A program made the position numbers and the translations under genes. 64,000 bases of DNA from an uncultured Fidelibacterota bacterium (GTDB lineage: Bacteria > Fidelibacterota > Marinisomatia > Marinisomatales > UBA1611): positions 1 to 64,000 of the forward strand of contig CAJWHW010000007.1 in NCBI GenBank assembly GCA_913040915.1. The letters are read 5' to 3'. This document shows, piece by piece, positions 8,250 through 16,902 of the stretch; positions within the stretch are counted from its first letter, which is position 1; each line of letters begins with the position of its first letter. Below the pieces are notes generated by a model. That model did no database searches. It was given only the letters and a program-made list of their open reading frames with translations, and was not told the DNA's origin.

Positions 8250-9689
8250 TTAATCATAATATTCAAACTCATTATCAGAAATAGACTCTGCTTTATATTT
8301 ATCTACTACTTTGATTTTAATTTCTGTAGTAGAGCCAAACTGAGGTTCATCCAGCTCAAAACTGTATTTTACAACACGTCGATTTCCAACTCTTTTTTCA
8401 GGTTGCTCTTCCTCCAGTTTTCCGTAAACGCCAGAAAGAGGGACAACAGCCTTTTTACCATTTTTATTCCCATAGGTTGTAACCGTTAGGAGCAGGTTAT
8501 TAGAGCCTTTACCCAACCTTTTGAACTCAAGTTTAGGTGGCGGTATTTTCCTTACCTTTACTTCATGGGCTAGGCCTTTGACCTTATTCCCATCAACAAA
8601 TGTTTCGAATTTGACTTTACCTCTCTTTTTTGGCTTAAAGGCAGCTTCATAAGAATCAAATGTCTTTGCATTCACTGCTGAACCGGATATTTTTACGGAA
8701 ATTCTATCTCGGTCAACGTCTTTGACCCGACTATCAAACACATATTTTTCACCAATATAGATTTCTTTATCCTCAGATGGTGAACTGTATTTTGGATCAA
8801 CTACAATAATACGGGCAGAAGTGATACTGGATTTTTTATCGCGCTTACGAAGGCCCACCACTTCTACTGTGCCATTACTTGTACCTTTTCCTCTAATGAA
8901 AGCACGTGGCAAGCCAGAAACAAGTTCCTTCACTAAATCTTTTCCACTTGCAAGTTCAACATCAAAGTCTGCATCTGTATTTACACCGCCTACACTAAAT
9001 GGGATCTCCCAATTGAGACCGCGAAGAACAGTATATTTTTTCTTATCAAAAAGAACAAAAAATTCAGATTGCTGACCATCCATATATATAAGAGTGACCG
9101 GTGTATCAAATTCCCGATTAATTGTAAAACTTCCTTCCCTGGAAACTTCACCATTAATAATCTTTAACAACTTATCAGTTACCTTATAATCACCAAATGC
9201 TTCAGACCATTGATTGTATGTAGTTGTATCAATATCCGGTATAAATTGTACAGCTAGATCAACATCGAAGGGTTGGTTAAGATAATTTTCTTCTACAGAG
9301 CTTAGTTCAACCTTGGCTACATAACGATTGTTATTGCCTTCTTGTGCATATGGCTCCACTGTCACATTTTCTAGCTCCCAGTCATAGGTCTCATCCACCT
9401 TTACACTTTCGCCTTCAATTTCCACAATTGGCGTGGTAAAACTGGGATTGAATTTGATTGAGCCTTGTTCATACTCCCCTTCCACATCAAAAAAGAGTTG
9501 GTAGTAATCTGGATCTTCATAATTTGACTCAACATTACTGATTTCAACCAGGGTCTGGAGTTTATCCTGCGCGACATTTTTTAAAATGTCATCCTGTCTC
9601 TGCATGTAGATTGAAAGTTCACCTTCAATCGCAAATAAACTTAAGATAGCTCCTAAGTTGATTAGGAAATAAACTTCAACTTTTTTCAT
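8250..9689 (-). CDS. Divergent GldM/PorM-like single-pass inner-membrane protein with a long beta-rich periplasmic region
   Basis: One N-terminal TM helix (VYFLINLGAILSLFAI); C-terminal segment IYIGEKY...VKDVDRDRISVKISG...KPKKRGKVKF...VKVRKIPPP resembles the GldM distal domains as recalled; lies directly after the gldL-like gene. Confidence 0.55.
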   Translation of the reverse strand: MKKVEVYFLINLGAILSLFAIEGELSIYMQRQDDILKNVAQDKLQTLVEISNVESNYEDPDYYQLFFDVEGEYEQGSIKFNPSFTTPIVEIEGESVKVDETYDWELENVTVEPYAQEGNNNRYVAKVELSSVEENYLNQPFDVDLAVQFIPDIDTTTYNQWSEAFGDYKVTDKLLKIINGEVSREGSFTINREFDTPVTLIYMDGQQSEFFVLFDKKKYTVLRGLNWEIPFSVGGVNTDADFDVELASGKDLVKELVSGLPRAFIRGKGTSNGTVEVVGLRKRDKKSSITSARIIVVDPKYSSPSEDKEIYIGEKYVFDSRVKDVDRDRISVKISGSAVNAKTFDSYEAAFKPKKRGKVKFETFVDGNKVKGLAHEVKVRKIPPPKLEFKRLGKGSNNLLLTVTTYGNKNGKKAVVPLSGVYGKLEEEQPEKRVGNRRVVKYSFELDEPQFGSTTEIKIKVVDKYKAESISDNEFEYYD

Positions 9690-9699
9690 AATTTATTAC

Positions 9700-10098
9700 C
9701 TAATTCTTGATTGCTTTTGATAAAATCTCGTTCACCTCTTTCCTGACTTCTTCACGCACTTTTCCACTGGCTAAATTGGACAGTCCTTCACCCATTTCTG
9801 CAACTTTAATAACAGCAGCTGTCAATTCTGAAATCTCCTTGCTGTCCATATCAGCAACACTGGCACTGGTTGTCTTGGCACTCCCTCCGTCAGGACCGAG
9901 ATTATAGATACTCTGTGCATAAAGTAGCAAAAGAAAAAACTCCAAAATCAACGCACCTATTGAAAGATAGGTCATTACGCCAATATGATCCGGGTCCAAT
10001 GTGGCTATGATTGATCGGAATCCTACAATCACAAGTAAAAATGCTGCACCGCCGTAAACCATAGCTGTTCTGGCGTTCATATCTGATCTAATTTTCAT
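9700..10098 (-). CDS. Short GldL/PorL-like motor subunit (2 TM helices + short cytoplasmic helix)
   Basis: TM1 MVYGGAAFLLVIVGFR and TM2 LSIGALILEFFLLLLYA parallel GldL YGMGAAVVIVGALFK / LSIGLLTEALIF, including the intramembrane Glu (E53 here). Confidence 0.65.
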   Translation of the reverse strand: MKIRSDMNARTAMVYGGAAFLLVIVGFRSIIATLDPDHIGVMTYLSIGALILEFFLLLLYAQSIYNLGPDGGSAKTTSASVADMDSKEISELTAAVIKVAEMGEGLSNLASGKVREEVRKEVNEILSKAIKN

Positions 10099-10122
10099 TT
10101 TATTCCCTTTTATTATTTTAAA

Positions 10123-12054
10123 TTATTCTGAAACTTCAATAGAATAATCGAAAGATGTTGTTGCCCCACAGTCTGCCGCTTGAACTCTTACGTTGTGAGT
10201 TCCGATGTATGTTGAATCCGGCGGTGTGCCATAAAGCCTGTATTGTGAATAATTGATTGATAACCAATTTGGTTTTGTAGGCACAGTAAATTCAATCGCA
10301 TCACTATTATCATCATTTATAGCAAACTGAAAACTATACTCTTGTCCCACATTTGCAGTAGTATCAACTGATCCGGAATTGGTGAATTCAGGAGCAAAAT
10401 TTTCATCTACACTGATTGTGAAAGTGAAGGTAGTATCTTTTGGCACATTCGGACGATTATCTGTAATAGTTAATGAAATATTTCCACTGGACCCGATATC
10501 ACTATCTGATGGTGTTCCAGATAAAACACCGCTACTATTTATATTCATCCAACTCACATTATTATCATATGTAAGAGTTACATTATCACCATCGGGGTCA
10601 GACCAGTTCACATCATAATAATACTGGCAACCGTGATTGATACTTTCTATAATATTATTTGTGTTGGAAAAAGTCGGGGTGTCATTGGGGTCAACAGTAA
10701 TTGTGAAGTCTTGAGTTGTAGATAATGGGTAACCATTCCTGTTATCATTTAATGTTAAACTAAAAGTAATTTCCTGATTAACATAAGACGTTGGGAGGTA
10801 ACCTGATACTGTCCCATAAGTACCGCTTGAATTTGGAGTAAATGTTAATTCATCTACTAAGTCAGTTACTACTACTTCCAAAGTAGAATAATCCACACTA
10901 TTCGGATCAGTCCAGTAGATTATCCATGATAAGTTTCTTTCCTCTTCCCAATCATCCTGATAATCAGATGTAGTAAAGTATGGTTCTTGATTTGGTTTTA
11001 CAAAAATACTAAAAGTTTGTTTTAATGTATCAGGATCCACTGGCCTATTATCAATTAATGTTATATCAAACTCTACATAGTTTTCCGCATAGTCGTGTGG
11101 GATTGTGCCAGAAACTTTGCAAGAAGTGGCAGAGTTCTGTTCAAATGATAGTTCGTATGAATTCCATTCTATAGTGGCAGTAACTACATCAAATGAATTA
11201 GGGTCACTAAAATTTATAGTCCATGAATCTGCTATCAATTCATCCCATTCTTCTTCAAAACTTGATGAAAATACAGGCGCACTATTGTCTCTTACATTGA
11301 GATTGAATTCCTTGGTAATGAATAATCCACCTTCATCTGTAAGTTTTAAACTAAAGGATAGATTAGGGTTTGCAGAATCAGGAGTGCCTACAAGTTTATT
11401 TCCATTCACTGAAATCCAATCAGGATTATTGACCAATGTCAATGTAGAATTATACGTTAAATCAGTATCTCCCCATTTTATTTCACCTGACTCATAGGGG
11501 ATTCCTATGTCGGCTAAGCCAGAGTATACATTAGAATTATCCCAAGTTGGGTTTTCATTCACATTTGTTATCTCTACGCTAACTGTAAGTGAGCCCTTTT
11601 CTTCACTAGGGCTATCATCTGTAACCTCCATTAATACGTCGCACTGAGTACTAGCTCCATTTTGCGAATGGAGTGCTTCATAATTAATATTCGCACTCTC
11701 CAAGAGTACAAGTTTCCAAGCTCCTGAAGAATCTTGTAAAATAGTAAAAATGTTTCTGTCATTCCCATTAATTGTTTGGGATTTTATTACAACAGATTTT
11801 ATTTCATCATCAGGATTGATGTCATCTACTTCAATAGTACCAATTGTAGTGCTCGTACCTTCCTGATCTTCTGGGAGCTGCCCTACATTATTATCATTAA
11901 AACTAATATCCCATTCAATACTGCCTTTGGGTTCACCAGGCTCGAGGACCTGAGTATTGCCTGGTAAATCAAGTTCGACATCTTCACAACTAATTATAAA
12001 AAGATAAATGATTAATGATATAAGTTTTTTAAAATGGTTTGATTTTAGTCTCAT
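10123..12054 (-). CDS. Lipoprotein with about 6 tandem cadherin-like / He_PIG-type Ig domains
   Basis: Lipobox-like IISC after a hydrophobic stretch; recurring linkers VNENP, DNSAP, PNQEP, PNDTP, ENFAP; (F/W)(S/T)DP(N/D) and DNR motifs; W....G.LSGTP. Confidence 0.8.
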   Translation of the reverse strand: MRLKSNHFKKLISLIIYLFIISCEDVELDLPGNTQVLEPGEPKGSIEWDISFNDNNVGQLPEDQEGTSTTIGTIEVDDINPDDEIKSVVIKSQTINGNDRNIFTILQDSSGAWKLVLLESANINYEALHSQNGASTQCDVLMEVTDDSPSEEKGSLTVSVEITNVNENPTWDNSNVYSGLADIGIPYESGEIKWGDTDLTYNSTLTLVNNPDWISVNGNKLVGTPDSANPNLSFSLKLTDEGGLFITKEFNLNVRDNSAPVFSSSFEEEWDELIADSWTINFSDPNSFDVVTATIEWNSYELSFEQNSATSCKVSGTIPHDYAENYVEFDITLIDNRPVDPDTLKQTFSIFVKPNQEPYFTTSDYQDDWEEERNLSWIIYWTDPNSVDYSTLEVVVTDLVDELTFTPNSSGTYGTVSGYLPTSYVNQEITFSLTLNDNRNGYPLSTTQDFTITVDPNDTPTFSNTNNIIESINHGCQYYYDVNWSDPDGDNVTLTYDNNVSWMNINSSGVLSGTPSDSDIGSSGNISLTITDNRPNVPKDTTFTFTISVDENFAPEFTNSGSVDTTANVGQEYSFQFAINDDNSDAIEFTVPTKPNWLSINYSQYRLYGTPPDSTYIGTHNVRVQAADCGATTSFDYSIEVSE

Positions 12055-12330
12055 AGATTATTTTAACTTTTAATTTTTTGGGAAATGATAGTATTCAAAC
12101 CTTAGAAATAATCCAATAAACATACTGTATTGGAAAGTTTTCGCCAATTTTACTTTCATTCGACGAAAGACTATTGAAAATTGTTTGAATTACCAATCCT
12201 TACCTCGATAACTAAATGAAATTTAATGTGCATCTATCATAAATAGGGGAAAAAGTATTGTCCATAAATAAAAGAAATAATTCTTTAATTGCTATAAAAT
12301 TCTAAAAACTGAAACTACTAGAAAGAAAAT

Positions 12331-13167
12331 TTAATCTCTGAATTTGGCACCTACAGGAGGTCGGTAAGCCTGAAAAGGAATTAATATTAAATTTTTTAAA
12401 CTTGAATGCTCCCGTACTTCCAGATGGGTGTCAATACCGTACTCTAATTCATCTATTTTTCGATGAGAAGTAGTAGAAAAAAGATGATCCCAAATGGAAA
12501 ATATATTACCATAGTTCGAATCTGTATCCGGCAATATGTAATGATGATGAATTTTGTGGAAATGGGGCGTAACAAAGATCCAGGATAAAGGTTTATCCAA
12601 CCATCCAGGTACTTGAATATTAGCATGAGTCAGGGCAGCAAAAAAGGCTGAAATAGTCTGGTACAGCATAACAAGGCCAAAAGACGCACCTGTAATCAAT
12701 ACCGCTAGAGTTGTAAATAGGAGACGGAAAATATTTTCGCCGGGATGGTGACGGAGACCTGTGGTCACATCTACATTAGTATCAGTATGATGTATTAAAT
12801 GGAATTTCCACATCCATTTTACCTTGTGTTCCAGCCAGTGAATGAGCCAGGCTCCAATTAAATCTAAAAGAACCAATCCAGCAATCACATAAGCCCATAA
12901 GGGAAATTGAATCCAGTTTAATATACCGGATTGATTAGATTGGCCAAAATTAACTGCAGACACAATCAGGGATGCCCCGATGAGATTTATGAGGAGTGTA
13001 ATGAGCGTAAAAGTTAGGTTAATTCTTGCATGTTTAAGTTTATTGTAATCCATCTGAAAAAGAGGGGCAATTGCTTCCAGAGATAGAAATAAGCCTAATC
13101 CGCTAATCAGAAAAATGGATCTTGTTGATGAAGGAACTGTTTCGAAAAAAGTCAGGAGTTCCTGCAT
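12331..13167 (-). CDS. Sterol desaturase / fatty acid hydroxylase family membrane di-iron enzyme
   Basis: His boxes HWLEH, HLIHH, RHHP, HAN, HKIHH; DSNYGNIFSIWD.LF. Confidence 0.9.
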   Translation of the reverse strand: MQELLTFFETVPSSTRSIFLISGLGLFLSLEAIAPLFQMDYNKLKHARINLTFTLITLLINLIGASLIVSAVNFGQSNQSGILNWIQFPLWAYVIAGLVLLDLIGAWLIHWLEHKVKWMWKFHLIHHTDTNVDVTTGLRHHPGENIFRLLFTTLAVLITGASFGLVMLYQTISAFFAALTHANIQVPGWLDKPLSWIFVTPHFHKIHHHYILPDTDSNYGNIFSIWDHLFSTTSHRKIDELEYGIDTHLEVREHSSLKNLILIPFQAYRPPVGAKFRD

Positions 13168-13207
13168 TTTTAACACTCACCTAAAAGCATATATGTTATC
13201 AACAATA

Positions 13208-14122
13208 TTATTTCCCAGCCAAGGTGACCATAATGGCATTCTGAGCATGCATCCTGTTTTCAGCTTCATCAAATACTATAGAATATTCTGCTTCCATGAC
13301 ACCGTCCGTGACTTCCCGACCACGTTCAGCTGGCAGACAGTGCATGAATAAGGTTTCCTTACCTGTTGCCTCCATTAATGCTTCATTGACCTGAAAATCA
13401 GCAAAGATGCGTTCTCGCTCTTCTGCTTCTTCCTTTTTGTCCATAGACGCCCACACATCCGTGTAAATCACATCAGCACTATTTACAGCAGACTTGGGAT
13501 TATGAGATAATTCAAAAGTAGAAATACCTGAATCTTCAACCATCTTAACTGTTTCTGAATCGGGCTCAAATCCTGTCGGGCCGCAACAGACAAAATGCAT
13601 GGGTAATTTACTTGCAAGCTGTAACCAGGAATGAACAATGTTATTCCCATCACCCATATAGGTTACCTTTAAATCATCAAGATTGCCACGATGTTCCCAG
13701 ATAGTTAGTATGTCAGCCATAATCTGACAGGGGTGGTTGTAATCTGTGAGTCCATTAATAACGGTAGAATCTGAATATTTTGCCAATTCTAGCATATTCT
13801 CATGATCAAAGAGACGAGCCATAATAAGATTGTTATAGCGTGAAATAACACGGGCAATATCCTTGATTTCTTCGCGCTTACCGATCCCAATATCGCTTGG
13901 ACCTAGAAATAGAGCATGACCGCCCATCCATGTAAAACCGGTTTCAAAAGAAATCCGGGTTCTTGCAGAAGGTTTTGCAAAGATCATGGCCAATGATTGA
14001 TCCTTGAATGGTTTATATTCCTCCCTTTTTTTATATTTTGTCTTGATTTCCTTAGCAAGTTGCAACAAAGCCAACAGTTCATCCTTTGAAAAATCTGCGA
14101 TATGTAAAAAGTGATTTGGCAT
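13208..14122 (-). CDS. argF: Ornithine carbamoyltransferase
   Basis: KPSARTRISFE, HPCQ, GDGNN, YTDVWASM, FMHCLP, EAENRMH. Confidence 0.93.
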   Translation of the reverse strand: MPNHFLHIADFSKDELLALLQLAKEIKTKYKKREEYKPFKDQSLAMIFAKPSARTRISFETGFTWMGGHALFLGPSDIGIGKREEIKDIARVISRYNNLIMARLFDHENMLELAKYSDSTVINGLTDYNHPCQIMADILTIWEHRGNLDDLKVTYMGDGNNIVHSWLQLASKLPMHFVCCGPTGFEPDSETVKMVEDSGISTFELSHNPKSAVNSADVIYTDVWASMDKKEEAEERERIFADFQVNEALMEATGKETLFMHCLPAERGREVTDGVMEAEYSIVFDEAENRMHAQNAIMVTLAGK

Positions 14123-14132
14123 TTTTTTACCC

Positions 14133-15473
14133 TTATAGAATGTAGCGGCTCAGATCAGGGTCTGTCACAATACCATTTAAAGTTTCTTTCACAATTTTAC
14201 CAGTAATCTTTATTTTTTTCGTACCCCTCTTTGGTTGATCAAAAAGGTGATTCTCTAAAAGAGTGGTCATAATCGTATGTAGCCTTCTAGCTCCGATATT
14301 TTCCATTTTACTATTCACGGCCGAAGCCAATTCTGCAATAGCATTTAATGCTGTATCGTTGAATTCAAGTTCAACATCTTCTGCGCCTAAAAGAGCCGTA
14401 TATTGTTTAATCAAGGCAGAGCGAGGATGAGTTAAAATTTTGATAAAATCACTTTTTGTGAGTTTATCCATTTCCACTCGAATTGGAAATCTACCCTGTA
14501 ATTCTGGAATCATATCTGAAGGAGTACTCACATGAAATGCGCCTGCAGCAATAAATAAAATGTGATCAGTAGAAATCGACCCGTATTTTGTATTTACATT
14601 GCTACCCTCCACAATCGGGAGCAAATCCCGCTGAACACCTTCCCGGCTTACATCTGGGCCAACACTACCATTCGACCCTACAACTTTATCAATTTCATCT
14701 AAAAAAATGATCCCGTGATTTTCAGTGCGGTCCCGCGCAATTCTGATTACTTCATCCTGATCAATTAATTTAGCTGCTTCGTTTTCTGTCAAGACTTCTC
14801 TTGCTTCAGCTACAGTCATTTTTTTGGAACGTTTCTTTTTTGGAAATTGTCCTGCAAGCATATCTTTAATATTCATGCCGATATCTTCCATCCCCATGGG
14901 GCCAAAAACCTGCATCCCGATTGAAGGCTCATCTGAAATTTCAATTTCAATCATTTTATCTTCAAAAGAACCGGTTTCCATTTTTTTGCGGATTCTATCA
15001 CGGGTTCGAGCATGACGTTCTTTTAGGTCTTTAGAAATTTTAGGGTCATCTTTATGCTCATCTGGAAATAAAATATCCAGAATTCTTTCATTTGCCAGAA
15101 GTTCTGCCAGTTCCAGTACTTCTTCCTCCTTGTCTCTTTGCGCCATCGTCACAGCTGTATCCATCAAATCTCTAACCATGGATTCTACATCACGGCCAAC
15201 ATAACCCACTTCCGTAAACTTACTGGCTTCAACTTTAATGAAAGGTGCATTTGCCAGATTTGAAAGTCTGCGGGCGATCTCCGTTTTACCTACACCTGTA
15301 GAACCAATCATAATAATATTATTAGGCATGATTTCATCTCGGAGTTTTTCGTCTACCTGCTGTCTACGCCAACGGTTTCGCAGCGCGATAGCAACTGCTT
15401 TTTTTGCATTCTTTTGGCCAACAATATAACGGTCCAGTTCTTTCACGATTTGTTTTGGCGTCATTTCTTTCAT
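14133..15473 (-). CDS. hslU: ATP-dependent protease ATPase subunit HslU
   Basis: GVGKTEIARR, KVEASKFTEVGYVGRD, DEIDK, GVQRDLLP, ENIGARRL. Confidence 0.97.
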   Translation of the reverse strand: MKEMTPKQIVKELDRYIVGQKNAKKAVAIALRNRWRRQQVDEKLRDEIMPNNIIMIGSTGVGKTEIARRLSNLANAPFIKVEASKFTEVGYVGRDVESMVRDLMDTAVTMAQRDKEEEVLELAELLANERILDILFPDEHKDDPKISKDLKERHARTRDRIRKKMETGSFEDKMIEIEISDEPSIGMQVFGPMGMEDIGMNIKDMLAGQFPKKKRSKKMTVAEAREVLTENEAAKLIDQDEVIRIARDRTENHGIIFLDEIDKVVGSNGSVGPDVSREGVQRDLLPIVEGSNVNTKYGSISTDHILFIAAGAFHVSTPSDMIPELQGRFPIRVEMDKLTKSDFIKILTHPRSALIKQYTALLGAEDVELEFNDTALNAIAELASAVNSKMENIGARRLHTIMTTLLENHLFDQPKRGTKKIKITGKIVKETLNGIVTDPDLSRYIL

Positions 15474-16015
15474 TAAATCTCCAATACGGTAATTGCATCA
15501 TTCGTGTAAATACAAAGGTCAGCTGCGATTTTTAATGATTTTTCAGCGATTTGCTTAGCTGAATAACTGGATGAACTAATCAATGCAGTTGCAGCAGCTT
15601 GGGCAAATCCTCCGCCTGATCCTATGGAAACAATGGGCCCATCTGGCTCAATTACATTTCCATCTCCAGAGATGATAAAGCTGTAATTTTTATTCATAAC
15701 AACGAGCATTGCATCCAAATTTCTAAGGACTTTATCCGTTCGCCAATCTTTAGCCAGTTCAACTACAGTGCGGGTTAAGTCTCCATCATACTTGTCCAGT
15801 TTTTGTTCAAATTTTTCAAAAAGTGTTAAGGCATCCGCTGCTGCACCTGCAAAACCACCTAATACGTCTCCACTCTCACATTCAAATTTGCGAACTTTTA
15901 CTGCTTTTTGCTTAAACGACATTTCGCCAAAAGTAACTTGACCATCTCCAGCCATAGCAACTTTACGTTTATGGCGTACCCCTAGTATCGTGGTTGATTT
16001 AATAGTTATTTTCAT
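15473..16015 (-). CDS. hslV: ATP-dependent protease peptidase subunit HslV
   Basis: STTILGV, AGDGQVT, GFAG..ADA, ELAKDWRTD, IGSGG, CIYTN. Confidence 0.97.
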   Translation of the reverse strand: MKITIKSTTILGVRHKRKVAMAGDGQVTFGEMSFKQKAVKVRKFECESGDVLGGFAGAAADALTLFEKFEQKLDKYDGDLTRTVVELAKDWRTDKVLRNLDAMLVVMNKNYSFIISGDGNVIEPDGPIVSIGSGGGFAQAAATALISSSSYSAKQIAEKSLKIAADLCIYTNDAITVLEI

Positions 16016-16056
16016 TTTTTATTCACACTTTATTATAATCAAGTGCGGTTTTCAAT

Positions 16057-16902
16057 TTATTGTGTTAATTCCTTAAATAGTTTCGAATCGCCAGGTAGAA
16101 CCAGCGTAGTTTTTTTATCAATCACTTTTTCATAAGTTTCTAAAGTACGTAAAAACTCATAAAAATCCGGATCTTTAGAAAAAGATGCAGCATAAATATC
16201 CAGGGCTCTGGCTTCACCCTCACCTCTTATTTCCTGAGCTTGCTTATAAGCATCTGCAAGGATAACTGTTTTATCGCGATCGGTTGCGGCACGAATCTTT
16301 TGTGCTTCTTCTTCTCCTTCTGAGCGGAATTTGTTTGCTTGTCGCTTCCGCTCAGCTTCCATCCGGGCATAGATTGATGCTTCGTTTTCACGGGGTAAAT
16401 CCACACGGCGAATTCTTACATCTACAACCTCAATACCAAAGTCCCTCGTCTCTTCATTACTGGCTTTAGTAACTTTATCCATGATGAGCTCACGATTTTC
16501 TGTAATGATTTCTACCATATCATGAGTCCCCAGTTCCTGACGAAGTTCGGAATAGACAATATCATCCAATCGGGTTTTTGCTGTAGGTACCGCTTTCACT
16601 GTTTGTAAAAATAAAAGAGGGTCTACAATTCGCCAGCGAACATAGTTATCAATAATGAGTGATTTTTTATCCCGACTGAGGATTTCTTCAGGTGGCACAT
16701 CATATTCTAAAAGCCTTTTTTCAAAAGAATTAGCAACTTGTAGAGGAGCTGGAAGTTTAAAATTCAGCCCCGGTTCTTTAATCGTCTTGACTGGCTTTCC
16801 AAACTGAAGAATGACAATTTGTTCCGTTTCATCGATAGTTATAATACTGGATAAAACAAATAAGAGGGCGAGTACAAAAATTACAATAGTAAAACGTTTC
16901 AT
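16057..16902 (-). CDS. hflC: FtsH modulator HflC
   Basis: SPFH domain; RMEAER, SEGEEEA, DPDFYEFLR; downstream of hflK. Confidence 0.95.
   Translation of the reverse strand: MKRFTIVIFVLALLFVLSSIITIDETEQIVILQFGKPVKTIKEPGLNFKLPAPLQVANSFEKRLLEYDVPPEEILSRDKKSLIIDNYVRWRIVDPLLFLQTVKAVPTAKTRLDDIVYSELRQELGTHDMVEIITENRELIMDKVTKASNEETRDFGIEVVDVRIRRVDLPRENEASIYARMEAERKRQANKFRSEGEEEAQKIRAATDRDKTVILADAYKQAQEIRGEGEARALDIYAASFSKDPDFYEFLRTLETYEKVIDKKTTLVLPGDSKLFKELTQ

Noticed and set aside
8250..10098. MotA/MotB or ExbB/ExbD/TolQR assignment for the membrane pair
   Set aside because: The small subunit has 2 TM helices rather than 3-4, and the partner lacks the conserved TM Asp and an OmpA-like or ExbD domain; the motifs fit GldL/GldM better.
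12131..12146. TGGCGAAAACTTTCCA (minus strand) as a sigma-54 promoter for the motor operon
   Set aside because: The -12 position reads CC instead of the near-invariant GC.
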